This document shows positions 34,904 to 45,593 of a DNA stretch of 64,000 bases, piece by piece. Each line of letters begins with the position of its first letter. The first letter of the stretch is position 1. The DNA is taken from NCBI GenBank assembly GCA_018266175.1, contig JAFEAY010000010.1:53942-117941 (forward strand). Reading direction: 5' to 3'. Origin of the DNA: Candidatus Babelota bacterium (GTDB taxonomy: Bacteria > Babelota > Babeliae > Babelales > RVW-14). The notes under the pieces were generated by a model. That model was not told the origin of the DNA. It was given only the letters and a program-made list of their open reading frames with translations, and ran no database searches. The translations under genes and the position numbers were made by a program.

Positions 34904-36676
34904 ATGAAAACAAAGAGACCATTAAAACAGTTAATGCATTATATGCTGCGCCATAAGGGCTCATTGCTGTTAGCTGTCTTGAGTTCAATACTCAATAAAT
35001 TATGTGACATTGTTCCGGAAATTTTAATCGGTATCGCTATTGATGTCATCGTCAACCAACAACACTCAACGGTTGCACGTCTTACAAATATACAAGATCC
35101 ATACATGCAATTATATCTCGTTGCAGGGCTCACCGCACTGCTTTGGATTGGCGAATCAATATTTGAATATTGCTACCTCATTCTCTGGAAAAACCTTGCA
35201 CATACTATTCAACACACCTTGCGTTTAAGCACCTATGCACACATGCAACAGTTGGATACCGCTTATTTTGAAAACAAAACCACAGGGGGTTTACTTTCCA
35301 TCATCAATGATGACATCAATCAGTTGGAACTTTTTCTCAGTGAAGGCCCCAATGCCATCATTCAACTTGTTGTTAACATCATTATCATGGGTGGAATCTT
35401 TACGTACATCTCGCCCATGCTTGCGGTGCTGACGCTACTCCCGGTGCCGTTTGTCATCATGATCGCTTATTATTTTCAAAACCGTTTGGCAACCCTGTAT
35501 GGGGCGGTACGCGAGCGCGTTGAAGCACTAGGAAGCCATATAGCAAGCAGACTCATCGGCATTACCACCATCAAGAGTTATACTTGCGAACAATACGAAA
35601 TTGATTGCTTAGCTCAAGAAAGTTTAGCGTATAAACAAGAAAGCCAACGTGCAAGCCATGTTAACGCTGCTTACATCCCAATAGTTCGTATGGGTATTTT
35701 GTGTGGATTTATTATGAGCATGATCGCAGGCGGAATTTTGGCACTCAATGGAACACTGCCTATCAGCTTTTATGCGGTATTGGTTTTTTTAACGCAGCGT
35801 TTTTTATGGCCATTCACCACATTGACCACCATAACCGATATGTACGAACGTGCTATGGCATCGGCACGTCGTGTTTTTACTATTTTGGCTCAGCACTCCA
35901 AGATTATTGATGGCAAGCAAAGCTTGGAGCTGGGTAAAGTTAAGGGCGCTTTGACGTTTAACAATGTCTCTTTTGCCTACAACAATGGAGTAAGTATTTT
36001 TAAAAATCTATCGTTCACTATTGCGGCCAACAGTACTGTTGCATTTGTCGGCTCTACGGGCTCAGGCAAAAGCACCATCATTAAATTGATTTTACGATTC
36101 TACGACAGCATGCAAGGCTCAATTTCTCTTGATGACACCGACATCAAGACCTTACAAACATCCGCACTTCGCCAAGCTATTGCGCTGGTAAGCCAGGAGG
36201 TCTATTTAGTTAATGGCACAATTGCTGACAACATTGCATATGGAAGCACCAATGCATCACGCCAAGAGATTATACATGCAGCGCAACTAGCTCAAGCGGA
36301 TAACTTTATTACACAGTTACCACACGGGTATGATGCTTTGGTTGGTGAAAATGGAAAAAATCTTTCTGGAGGGCAACGACAAAGAATTTCTATTGCTCGA
36401 GCTATCCTTAAAAATCCACCTATTTTTATTTTCGATGAAGCAACATCAGCACTTGATAACGAAACAGAAGCGATCGTTCAACGCTCTATGACAACACTTG
36501 CACAAAATCACACAATGGTTATTATTGCTCACCGATTATCAACCGTACGTCATGCTGATACCATTTTTGTTATGGAAAAAGGGGCAATTGTTGAATCTGG
36601 AAACCATGATGAACTCATCATAAAAAACGGTGTCTATGCTGGATTGTGGAAAATTCAAACAGGAGAGCTTTCTTAA
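34904..36676 (+). CDS. ABC exporter, fused permease and ATP-binding protein (MsbA-like)
   Basis: Six TM helices. GSTGSGKST Walker A, LSGGQRQRISIARA signature and IFDEATSALD Walker B. Confidence 0.9.
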   Translation: MKTKRPLKQLMHYMLRHKGSLLLAVLSSILNKLCDIVPEILIGIAIDVIVNQQHSTVARLTNIQDPYMQLYLVAGLTALLWIGESIFEYCYLILWKNLAHTIQHTLRLSTYAHMQQLDTAYFENKTTGGLLSIINDDINQLELFLSEGPNAIIQLVVNIIIMGGIFTYISPMLAVLTLLPVPFVIMIAYYFQNRLATLYGAVRERVEALGSHIASRLIGITTIKSYTCEQYEIDCLAQESLAYKQESQRASHVNAAYIPIVRMGILCGFIMSMIAGGILALNGTLPISFYAVLVFLTQRFLWPFTTLTTITDMYERAMASARRVFTILAQHSKIIDGKQSLELGKVKGALTFNNVSFAYNNGVSIFKNLSFTIAANSTVAFVGSTGSGKSTIIKLILRFYDSMQGSISLDDTDIKTLQTSALRQAIALVSQEVYLVNGTIADNIAYGSTNASRQEIIHAAQLAQADNFITQLPHGYDALVGENGKNLSGGQRQRISIARAILKNPPIFIFDEATSALDNETEAIVQRSMTTLAQNHTMVIIAHRLSTVRHADTIFVMEKGAIVESGNHDELIIKNGVYAGLWKIQTGELS

Positions 36677-36706
36677 AAGCTCCAAAAACGACGAAAGACT
36701 AAAATT

Positions 36707-37696
36707 ATGAACGCAATACTACAACGGTACTTACTTCTCGCATTATTCATCACGAGCGTTGCCCCGCAGAAAACATTCGCCATGCAACGCCAACCGACAC
36801 ATCAAGTAACAGCTCCGTTTGTATCGATTTTTTACCCACATAACAATCCAAAAAGATATACCGTTTCGCAAAAATTTTATATCGATAGCAAGATTGATAA
36901 CGATGAGTACTATCAAATGCATCAATACTTGTACGGCAATACAGTAAAACTCGTAGGCAACGAAGCGTGCGGAAGTGATGGCTCATTTGGTTATGTTTCG
37001 TCAACAGACGACAGCCAATTTGCTAAGATTATGGTCAAATCAGAATTTTCAACTCCTGTTATTGTTTGTGCCGCAACAGCGCAAATTTTTTATGATGACC
37101 TCTCGCCTGCGCTTATCATACCAATGGGCTCTTTGCTTTACGTCCAAAATAGTAGCGATCCTGATTATTTTAAGTTTCTTGATCCAAGCGGATCAACCAT
37201 GCTCATCTCCAGAAAAAATGTTAACGCTGTTGAAGATCTTGAGCAGCTCGATGAACACTACTTGCGTGCAAAAATTATTGCACAGGCAAAAAAGCTGATT
37301 GGATATCCCTACCAATGGGGCGGACTGTGCGCATGTGAAGGAAGTGGATTTGATTGTGCGGGTTTTGTACAAACCGTATATCGATCATGTGGTAAAAAAA
37401 TCGAACGATGTGTTAATCGTCAATTCTCGAGAAGCAAACAAGTAGAACCATCAGCATTACGTGCTGGTGATCTTATTTTTTTCTATCAAAGTAGACAAAG
37501 CTTTAACAAGGCAGACCATGTTTGCCTGTATGAGGGTGATGAGATGATCATTGAAGCATCACCATTTACAGGAGCTGTAACCAAGGTTAAATCTGAAGAT
37601 TTGCTCGGTAAAAAAATTATTGATTTTCAAAACAATGAGCCAATTTCATTTGCCGGTGTAACATATTTAATTTCGTTCCGCTCATTACTGAATTAA
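36707..37696 (+). CDS. Secreted NlpC/P60-family cell-wall peptidase
   Basis: Signal peptide. YQWGGLCACEGSGFDCAGFV catalytic Cys block and downstream His. Confidence 0.85.
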   Translation: MNAILQRYLLLALFITSVAPQKTFAMQRQPTHQVTAPFVSIFYPHNNPKRYTVSQKFYIDSKIDNDEYYQMHQYLYGNTVKLVGNEACGSDGSFGYVSSTDDSQFAKIMVKSEFSTPVIVCAATAQIFYDDLSPALIIPMGSLLYVQNSSDPDYFKFLDPSGSTMLISRKNVNAVEDLEQLDEHYLRAKIIAQAKKLIGYPYQWGGLCACEGSGFDCAGFVQTVYRSCGKKIERCVNRQFSRSKQVEPSALRAGDLIFFYQSRQSFNKADHVCLYEGDEMIIEASPFTGAVTKVKSEDLLGKKIIDFQNNEPISFAGVTYLISFRSLLN

Positions 37697-37799
37697 ACTA
37701 AAACTGTGGGTACTAACAATCAGCAGTACCCACCTTTCAACAAGAATAAATATTCATCTCAGTACTATAAAATATCAACCTTTTACAAACGTTAGGTTC

Positions 37800-38687
37800 T
37801 TACGTAACTTTTAATTTTTTAAAAACATTGTCCCATCCATTTTTTCCCCTGGTATGCTGAGCAACTGCTTGATGAACATCTTTGATAAAGAAATGTTTTA
37901 CGTTTTTAATATTCCAAGCTCTTTTAAATTCTGGAGTATCATTCATAACAACCAAGGTATACTTGATCTTAGGAAACTTTTTTTGAATAAGATTATTAAG
38001 CTTAATCGCCTCTTGTTTTTTAATTTTTGTTCGAAAAAAATAAATATGTTTCCCAAGCTTCAAAGCGCGATAAAAACGATCAATACGACGATAGTACTTA
38101 TCTCTCACTTGCTCATAATCATAGAGCGGCGTACTATCATTTTTAAAATCGTGAATGAAATTAATTCTATAACCTTTATCAAAAACTCCGTGATTCACTA
38201 AGGGCAAAGCACGCGGTGTAACAACAAGATTTTCTAATTTTAAAAAATCTTTAAAATCGCTTTTTAATGCCTTATAAATCGAAGAGAATTCTGAAATAGC
38301 CCAATCAAATGGAAAAAATGCCTCAGTAATTTTATTTTTCTCAAAATTAATAGCAGGCCCACAATTCATACCCAAGCTTATAAAAATACTATTTTTTTTG
38401 AACTCGGCTTTATTCTCTTTTTCTGCGTTAAGCCAAAGAGGAGCTCGCATCGCATCATGATCACGAAGCTTTTCTAATTCATGGTAGAGTTGGCCAACTT
38501 CAATATCTTCGCGCTCAGACATAAAAACTGCAGAATCATCAAGTATATTTTTTGTATCCTGATTTGAATAAACAGGCACCATAAAGCTACACCATAAAAG
38601 GGTAGTACTCAGGAGCAAGCTTACATTTTTCTTGGGCAAGTATAATGACATCTCAAAGTCCTTTCTCTCGGTCTTACAAATACTCAT
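37800..38687 (-). CDS. Secreted protein, paralog A of a GxNC / HDF-motif family (possibly the DUF1796 putative papain-like peptidase family)
   Basis: IFISLGMNCGPAINFEKNKITEAFFPFDW, FIHDF and YDYEQVRDKYYRRIDRFYRAL are shared, with about 50% identity, with 47509..48420. Confidence 0.6.
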   Translation of the reverse strand: MSICKTERKDFEMSLYLPKKNVSLLLSTTLLWCSFMVPVYSNQDTKNILDDSAVFMSEREDIEVGQLYHELEKLRDHDAMRAPLWLNAEKENKAEFKKNSIFISLGMNCGPAINFEKNKITEAFFPFDWAISEFSSIYKALKSDFKDFLKLENLVVTPRALPLVNHGVFDKGYRINFIHDFKNDSTPLYDYEQVRDKYYRRIDRFYRALKLGKHIYFFRTKIKKQEAIKLNNLIQKKFPKIKYTLVVMNDTPEFKRAWNIKNVKHFFIKDVHQAVAQHTRGKNGWDNVFKKLKVT

Positions 38688-38824
38688 TACTTCTTATACG
38701 CATACCATTATCAAGCCACCATTTTCAAGAATGCCTTTATTTTTCAAAAACGATTTTTATAGAATAAACAAAACTATTTTTAATTTTTTTTAAAAACAAT
38801 CGACACCGTAAAAAAAGAAAACGT

Positions 38825-39781
38825 ATGAACAAAAAAATACATTCATTCTGCTTGATAATCTTTATTTTCATTACTGCATCCCTTAGAGCCAGCGGTTATC
38901 GCGTTTCAGTTGAAATCTCATTAAATCAAGAAGAAATAGTGAACCCGCTTAAAGACAAACAAAGTGCTATAAAAAAATTTTTCCGTACCATAGCCAACCC
39001 AATAACAGCTTTAGACCAAGTATACAAACAAAAGCTCAAGAGCATTCTTGAGATGCTTGCTTCAAATGGATTAGGAAAAAAGGGTTGGGGAACATTGAAT
39101 CAAACGAATAAACCCTTTCACATTACATTGGCCTATATTGATGACCTTCTTGATCAAAAAGACCTCACAGAGTTTAAGCAAGTTTTAGAAGGAGCGGCTC
39201 AACAAATCGCTGTTCAATTTCCAAATGGATTAGGTGATTTTTGTATCCAGGGAGTCCCAGAGTTTATTGGCGACAAGGGCTGGATTGCATATCAAAATAT
39301 CAGTGACCCTTATGGGAAACTCAAAAAAGTTGCTCGCATAATATCTGATAAACTCAAAGCCAAAACTCATCATCGTATCAATAAAGATCACCCACTATTT
39401 CTAGCACATGTTTCAATAGGGCTCGTTGGAGATATGCTGTACCCACCAAAAGCACCTCAAAAGACAAACCCTTTTTATCTTCAATTACTTCAAAACCATG
39501 CGGCTAAACCGCATAACTCACTTTTATCAGGCATACAAAATGCAATGGTCACCAAAGGACTCATTGATAGTAAAATTAAATTTAATATCAAAAGCTTTAC
39601 GTTAAAAATAGCCGATCTTCGCAATCCTGATAGAATAGAGCACTCTGAAATCATCTATGAATTGCCATCAGGTCTTGCCGCACAGCTTATTATTCTGAAA
39701 AGCAAACTTGAACTTTTGAAATCAAAGCTTATATCGCTCAAAGAGCAGCTCAAAAAACTCACGAAACAACTTATACAATAA
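38825..39781 (+). CDS. Secreted 2H-phosphoesterase-fold protein (LigT-like) with a C-terminal leucine-heptad coiled coil
   Basis: Two H-x-T/S-x motifs (FHITLAY and AHVSIG). Signal peptide. C-terminal LKSKLELLKSKLISLKEQLKKL. Confidence 0.6.
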   Translation: MNKKIHSFCLIIFIFITASLRASGYRVSVEISLNQEEIVNPLKDKQSAIKKFFRTIANPITALDQVYKQKLKSILEMLASNGLGKKGWGTLNQTNKPFHITLAYIDDLLDQKDLTEFKQVLEGAAQQIAVQFPNGLGDFCIQGVPEFIGDKGWIAYQNISDPYGKLKKVARIISDKLKAKTHHRINKDHPLFLAHVSIGLVGDMLYPPKAPQKTNPFYLQLLQNHAAKPHNSLLSGIQNAMVTKGLIDSKIKFNIKSFTLKIADLRNPDRIEHSEIIYELPSGLAAQLIILKSKLELLKSKLISLKEQLKKLTKQLIQ

Positions 39782-39874
39782 GCTCAGGCTTTTTTGCTCT
39801 GGCAAAAATATGCTAGAATCAAACTCTCCTCAAATAACCCTCAATTAATAATTTTTAAAATGTAAAAATAAAAA

Positions 39875-40642
39875 ATGAATAAACCATGTCTCACAACCTA
39901 TCAAAAACTCTGTACCGAGTTTTATGACTTGATCGAGCATCCATACTCCCAGCAAGCTCTACGCCTGTACATGAACTATGCAGCTCAAGCTCAAGGACCA
40001 ATTTTAGAGCCAATGTGTGGAACCGGTCGCTTTCTCATTCCCATGCTCCAAGCAGGTTTTGATGCTTATGGCTTTGATGCCTCAGAGCACATGCTTGATG
40101 GGTTAAAGCAAAAGTTTGCGGCTCTGAGCAATAAGCCTGCTCCGGTGTGGCAAGCGTTTGTGGAAAATTTTAGCAGCGATACACGGTATCAATTAATCTT
40201 TGTCCCCTATGGGTCGTGGGGGTTAATAACCAATCTTGAAAACTGTAAAAACGGTCTTGAAATTATGTATCATCACCTGGAACCCGGTGGAAAGTTTGTT
40301 CTTGAAATAGAAACGGTTGCATCACTACCTCAACCTTGTGGCATCGAGCGACGCGGTGTGCAAACAAGGGCTGATGGCTCAAAAATTGTTCTTACCACTA
40401 TGACTTCGTATAATCCAGAATCACAAGTTTTCAGCTCTCAATGTCGATACGACTCTATTATTGACAATCAGATTACCAATACTGAGCACGAAGAGTTTAA
40501 ACAGTATCTTTATAACTTTGATGAAATGGATCAATTATTGACAAATGCTGGCTTTATTCATATCAAAAAATATCAAGACCATGCATTGAATGGTGCAATA
40601 GACCGGAGTACACACATACTCATCTATGAATGTACCAAATAG
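39875..40642 (+). CDS. Class I SAM-dependent methyltransferase
   Basis: EPMCGTGRFLIPMLQAGFDAYGFDASEHM motif I. Confidence 0.7.
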   Translation: MNKPCLTTYQKLCTEFYDLIEHPYSQQALRLYMNYAAQAQGPILEPMCGTGRFLIPMLQAGFDAYGFDASEHMLDGLKQKFAALSNKPAPVWQAFVENFSSDTRYQLIFVPYGSWGLITNLENCKNGLEIMYHHLEPGGKFVLEIETVASLPQPCGIERRGVQTRADGSKIVLTTMTSYNPESQVFSSQCRYDSIIDNQITNTEHEEFKQYLYNFDEMDQLLTNAGFIHIKKYQDHALNGAIDRSTHILIYECTK

Positions 40643-40705
40643 AAGTGTACTTATTTCTATTCTTATTTATATTGAACCAATAACGATAACCGATGGGGAG
40701 TCTTC

Positions 40706-41302
40706 ATGATTAATTTCTTTTCTTTCATTAAAGAAACACCAGACCTTGTTTTTTGGGCAACGGCACTCTTTGGTACGACACTTTTTTTCTTACGATTATG
40801 CGCAACCATTATAGGCGGCACAACCGATGATATGACTGAAATTGATCATACATTTGGAGATGATGGAGAAATGCATCATAGTTCAACAGGATCCTTTAAA
40901 CTCTTTACCGTACATTCAATTTCCGGCTTCTTCATGATGTTTGGTTGGGTTGGACTTGCATGCATTAAACAGTTGGGGTACAGTCACCCGGTTTCCATAG
41001 TTACAGCATTGATAGCTGGAACTATTACCATGGTACTTACTGGTCTTATCTTTAAAGGTGCCATGCTCCTGGTAAGCTCCGGCACCCACTTTGATATCAA
41101 AAAAACGGTCGGCCTTGTTGGTACGGTATATCAACGGATCCCCCACAATGGGCAGGGGAAAATTCAACTCGTTGTCGACGGTGTAACACGAGAAGTACTT
41201 GCTCAATCGCTTGATCAATGCGCAATTGATTCATTCAGATTAGTTAAAGTTATAAAATTTCTTGATCACGAAATTGTGGTCGTTCAAGAAATTAATTCAT
41301 AA
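40706..41302 (+). CDS. nfeD: NfeD-family membrane protein (partner of an SPFH protein)
   Basis: N-terminal TM helices. C-terminal OB-like GKIQLVVDGVTREVLA...EIVVV. Directly upstream of a flotillin gene. Confidence 0.7.
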   Translation: MINFFSFIKETPDLVFWATALFGTTLFFLRLCATIIGGTTDDMTEIDHTFGDDGEMHHSSTGSFKLFTVHSISGFFMMFGWVGLACIKQLGYSHPVSIVTALIAGTITMVLTGLIFKGAMLLVSSGTHFDIKKTVGLVGTVYQRIPHNGQGKIQLVVDGVTREVLAQSLDQCAIDSFRLVKVIKFLDHEIVVVQEINS

Positions 41303-41320
41303 AAAAGAAAGAATCATACG

Positions 41321-42673
41321 ATGTTCGATTACATTTTAATTGCTTGTGCGCTCTTTGCACTCTTCATTTTTTTCACGTTCTTCTTCCTTGCAAGCTGTTA
41401 TAAACGCTGTTCATCGAACAAAATTTTAGCAGTTTACGGAAAGATAGCCGGTGAGCGATCGGTTAAATGTTACCACGGTGGTGGTGCGTTTATTTGGCCA
41501 CTCATTCAAGATTATTCATTCCTTGATTTGACACCAATGACATTGCACATTCCACTCAAGTCTGCGTTGTCTCAACAGAACATCCGTATCAACGTACCAA
41601 GTACCTTTACGGTTGCTATTGATACAACACCAGAAGCGATGAATAATGCTGCTGTTCGCTTGCTTTCGCTTTCACGCAAAGATATCGAACTCATGGCATC
41701 TGAAATCATCATCGGTCAATTACGCTTGACCGTTGCCTCATTGATGATTGAAGAAATTAACCAAGATCGCGAACGCTTCTTGCTTGAAATCAGAAATCAT
41801 ATCGAATCTGAGCTCAAGAAAATTGGACTCATGCTCTTGAACGTTAACATAACCGATATCACCGATGAGTCTGGTTACATCGAAAGCATTGGTCGCAAGT
41901 CGGTTGCAACAGCGCTTAATCAAGCAAAAATTGATGTCGCAAATCAAGAAAAAACTGGTGAAATTGGTCGAGCAGAAGCTGAGCAAGAACGAAGAACGCA
42001 AGTTGCCAACTATAATGCACAAGCTGTTGAAGGTGAAAACGAAGCAAAAGCAAAAATTGCAAGTGTTAATGCAGCATTGCTTGAACAAGAAGCTGAAGCG
42101 GCACAACGAGGTCAAATTGCGCAACAAAATGCGTATGCTCAAATTAACAAAGCAAAAAGCTTAGCTGAACTACAACGCCTTGAAGCTGAAGAAATTGTAC
42201 CCAAAGAAATCCAGCGTCGCATCATTGAAATTGCAGCTGCTGCAGATGCAGCTAAGCAACGCTTAGAAGCAGAAGGTAAAGCTGCTGCAATATTACAAGT
42301 CAAAGAAGCAGAAGCAGAAGGTATCCGTAAAGTTCTTACCGCTCAAGCTGACGGTTACAAATTATTGGTACAAGCATGCGGGAATAACAGTCAAGATGCT
42401 GCAACTATGCTCATGATTGAAAAGCTCCAAGAGATTGCAAAAATCCAGGCTGAAGCAATCAAAAATCTTAAGATTGATAAGATTACCGTTTGGGATAGCG
42501 GCTCTTCTGAAAAAGGAAGTTCAACCGCTCACTTTGTAAGCAGCATGGTAAAGTCATTACCGCCGCTGCATGAAATTGCTGCGATGTCAGGCATTAATTT
42601 GCCAGCTTATTTGGGCGATTTAAACAACCCAAATAATTCATCTAATACATTGAACAAAACAAATATCCAATAA
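41321..42673 (+). CDS. SPFH/band-7 flotillin-like protein (YqiK/FloT type)
   Basis: N-terminal TM. SPFH domain. Long EA-rich coiled coil (EAEAEGIRK). Confidence 0.85.
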   Translation: MFDYILIACALFALFIFFTFFFLASCYKRCSSNKILAVYGKIAGERSVKCYHGGGAFIWPLIQDYSFLDLTPMTLHIPLKSALSQQNIRINVPSTFTVAIDTTPEAMNNAAVRLLSLSRKDIELMASEIIIGQLRLTVASLMIEEINQDRERFLLEIRNHIESELKKIGLMLLNVNITDITDESGYIESIGRKSVATALNQAKIDVANQEKTGEIGRAEAEQERRTQVANYNAQAVEGENEAKAKIASVNAALLEQEAEAAQRGQIAQQNAYAQINKAKSLAELQRLEAEEIVPKEIQRRIIEIAAAADAAKQRLEAEGKAAAILQVKEAEAEGIRKVLTAQADGYKLLVQACGNNSQDAATMLMIEKLQEIAKIQAEAIKNLKIDKITVWDSGSSEKGSSTAHFVSSMVKSLPPLHEIAAMSGINLPAYLGDLNNPNNSSNTLNKTNIQ

Positions 42674-42690
42674 TAATTTGATACTCTAAA

Positions 42691-42731
42691 AATAAGCCCT
42701 GACTATTCAAGAGTTGGGGCTTATTTTTTTT
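42691..42731 (+). terminator. Rho-independent terminator after the flotillin gene
   Basis: aataagccc...gggcttatt followed by a run of eight T. Confidence 0.7.
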
Positions 42732-42911
42732 GCTTAAGAATTCGAGTTTGCCACTCAATAAATCTCAGCTCCCATTATCCAAAACCTTCACATATTGACA
42801 ATTCGAATATCACAACTATACTCCTTGTCCCCTCAACAACATCATATAAACAACATTATTCATTGTTAATAAAATTTAATTCAATAATAAGAAAATAAAA
42901 AGGAAGGCTTT

Positions 42912-45524
42912 ATGCTTTTATCTAACCAAGGCTTGGTCACCAAAAGCTTTGTTCTTATAAGCCTCTATCTTGTACTCGTAGTAAGTGATGCTTACTCAAT
43001 GGACGCGAATAATAATAACTTTTTTACGCCTCCAGTTTCGCCCCTCAAACGTAAGGCAGATGATACTACTCAAAGCCCTTCCAAGCATCTGAAAAAAAAT
43101 CTTGATTCTTCATGCTTTGCTTCACCTGAAAGAGAATTCCCTAGTTCGCCAACGCGCTTAACACCCTCAATGAAAGATATAAAACTTTACTCTCCTGTTG
43201 GATTAAAGACTCCAAAAAAATATGTAAATACAAAGCCAACATCTGAAATTTTGAAACTTTTCATTACCAATTTTCTTCATTATGATGAGCAATCTTCATT
43301 AACTCCGCTCATTAAATTTCTTTTTTTATTGGATCAAAATAGTGGGGAGCTCCAACGAAGCTGCGCCGTACTTGACCAACAACGAGATCCTCATGCTCTA
43401 TTTCCTCAATTTTTGTGGTCAGAAATGAATGAAGATTTTTTTGACACGCTGCTAAAAAAATATCATCAAATGATTAAAGTACTTGAATTTCAACAATCAC
43501 TGAGGGCTTGCAAAACCGACAAAGAACGATCAAATAAAGAAAAAACTCTTAAAGCTCAAATAGCCCACATAGAAAAGCAACTACAAAGTTATTTTGACGA
43601 TCAAGATCTGATTAAACAAAAAGAAACCCTTCAAGAAATGTTGAAGGTAATTCCTCGAAAAGTTCCTGAAATCAAGATCCTTAACCTGGTTAAAAAGCAT
43701 CTATTCGAAAAAATAGATACGATCTTAGATGAAAAATATCGCTTAGAAAATTGTGGCAACGCTTGCATCGAAAAGCCCCTAAAAGTAAAACGTTGTAACA
43801 CATGCTCTCAATTTAATATATCAGCTGTTCAAAAAAAATGGCTCGAAACTCTTTTAAAACATTTGATTACTATTTACGAAGAACAGGATAGGACGCTTTG
43901 TAATCGCTATCAAAAAATTGCACGTTACCTTTTAGGATTCTATTTGTATCCATGGAAGCCTCAATGTAAATTGCGCTATGCTCAAATATTAAGTTTTTCT
44001 TCAGATGATGAAGATATTGACGATCAAGATATTATTCCTGCACCATTTGACCTAATTCCTGCAGCATTAAAGTTGTTAAGTCATAATGCCGCTCATTCAG
44101 ACTTCATAAACCTTCTGCCTGAAAGAGGTATACTATTAAAGTTCAGTAACGCCGAACTCATTGAAGATTGCATTCAGCAATCACCTCTTTATTACTTGCT
44201 TTGTTTTAATATGCAGGAACAAAAAATAATTGAACGCATCGAAAATATTTGCACAGGTCGTTATGAACCAATAGATTCATCCAAAAATAGTATGATGCTC
44301 AGTGAATTAGTAAATATCATGATAGAAGACTATAAGAACAGCCTAGAAGAATTTACTCAATCTCCTCCAAGCGCTTCTTTATTGAGCAAAGTAAAATATG
44401 CAAAATATGTATTAACCAAAACATTTGAGTTAATTACCAATCATCTCACTCAGCCTTGCCAAGATACTCATAAACCCCACATAATGCTGCCTGACTGTAG
44501 CAATTTATGTTCGTATAGCTTCAAAGATTTGATACGTACAGCACTCATGATAAAAAATGTCCTCCAGCTTCAGAATAGTTTTCTTGATAATCTCATCATG
44601 GTAAAAAATCACCACATTGAGCAAGTGACCTATGAACTTCATGAAACCAAAAAAGTCTATCAACTTGGTGGTGGACATTTAGATTGTGCACTCCCCTATA
44701 ACCTTACGACAAATCACGGCGAACACACTGTTTGTGAAGTTTCCAGACTCGCATCTAATCCCACAACGGGAGTTAGTTTTTGTGACTGGTCAATTTATGA
44801 TGATCAAAAAAAATACGCTTCGCATAAAAGCTCAACAGTCTTCCCCTCCTGTTTTAATCAAGAATTTTGGTCTCAATATGTTTTGAAACTCCTTTCACAA
44901 AATGCAGATGACCGTGATTTTTGCTTGTATGATTCTGGAAATCGTATGCACGAAAAAGATGGCGTATGCAAGCGTATGATTATTTTCCAACACAAGCACA
45001 CACTCGGATGCAAGAGTCATAACTGCTTGTGTGACCAAAATTCTTTAATGTATATTGCTGCTATCATTCGAGAAGAGGTCATCGACAAGTCAGAAGATTA
45101 TGGCGATCAAGCTAATATCTTGCGTTCGCTGATATCGCTCTATCCGTTATCCGCTTACTGCTTAGATTATGATGGCAATCAGGATTGCTTTTTTTTAAAT
45201 GGTGAAAAGATTGACGATGATGATCAGTTAAATAATGCAATACCAAATTACTTAGGGAAAACAAGTAATCACACGCAACTAAAACTTGATCAGGATGGTA
45301 AACCGATACATACAATTAATTTTCTTTCATGTTCCGCGATATATGAAGTCTTATTGACTGCTCGGGAAAAAGTAGCGGCAACCAACCCACTTGCAAATAG
45401 CGGCGATATCAATACGTCAATAATCGAAATTACCAATCCTGCTACGCACGACACATACGTTTTAGTTAAAGTTGCTCAGGGTATTGTTGTTAAAATGCTC
45501 AAAACCGATCTCTTAAAAATATAA
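42912..45524 (+). CDS. Large secreted Cys-rich hypothetical protein, effector-like, with N-terminal S/T-P plus basic motifs
   Basis: Signal peptide. TPPVSPLKRK, SPEREFPSSPTRLTPSMK and SPVGLKTPKK motifs. Many Cys residues (CGNACIEKPLKVKRCNTC). Confidence 0.55.
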   Translation: MLLSNQGLVTKSFVLISLYLVLVVSDAYSMDANNNNFFTPPVSPLKRKADDTTQSPSKHLKKNLDSSCFASPEREFPSSPTRLTPSMKDIKLYSPVGLKTPKKYVNTKPTSEILKLFITNFLHYDEQSSLTPLIKFLFLLDQNSGELQRSCAVLDQQRDPHALFPQFLWSEMNEDFFDTLLKKYHQMIKVLEFQQSLRACKTDKERSNKEKTLKAQIAHIEKQLQSYFDDQDLIKQKETLQEMLKVIPRKVPEIKILNLVKKHLFEKIDTILDEKYRLENCGNACIEKPLKVKRCNTCSQFNISAVQKKWLETLLKHLITIYEEQDRTLCNRYQKIARYLLGFYLYPWKPQCKLRYAQILSFSSDDEDIDDQDIIPAPFDLIPAALKLLSHNAAHSDFINLLPERGILLKFSNAELIEDCIQQSPLYYLLCFNMQEQKIIERIENICTGRYEPIDSSKNSMMLSELVNIMIEDYKNSLEEFTQSPPSASLLSKVKYAKYVLTKTFELITNHLTQPCQDTHKPHIMLPDCSNLCSYSFKDLIRTALMIKNVLQLQNSFLDNLIMVKNHHIEQVTYELHETKKVYQLGGGHLDCALPYNLTTNHGEHTVCEVSRLASNPTTGVSFCDWSIYDDQKKYASHKSSTVFPSCFNQEFWSQYVLKLLSQNADDRDFCLYDSGNRMHEKDGVCKRMIIFQHKHTLGCKSHNCLCDQNSLMYIAAIIREEVIDKSEDYGDQANILRSLISLYPLSAYCLDYDGNQDCFFLNGEKIDDDDQLNNAIPNYLGKTSNHTQLKLDQDGKPIHTINFLSCSAIYEVLLTAREKVAATNPLANSGDINTSIIEITNPATHDTYVLVKVAQGIVVKMLKTDLLKI

Positions 45525-45549
45525 ATCATTTATTATTACTTTTTGCTTG

Positions 45550-45582
45550 AAGAGCCCTTGAGTTATTCAAGGGCTCTTTTCA
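45550..45582 (+). terminator. Rho-independent terminator (12-bp perfect stem) between the convergent 870-aa gene and bcp
   Basis: aagagcccttga-gttat-tcaagggctctt followed by tt. Confidence 0.6.
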
Positions 45583-45593
45583 TACAATAAACT

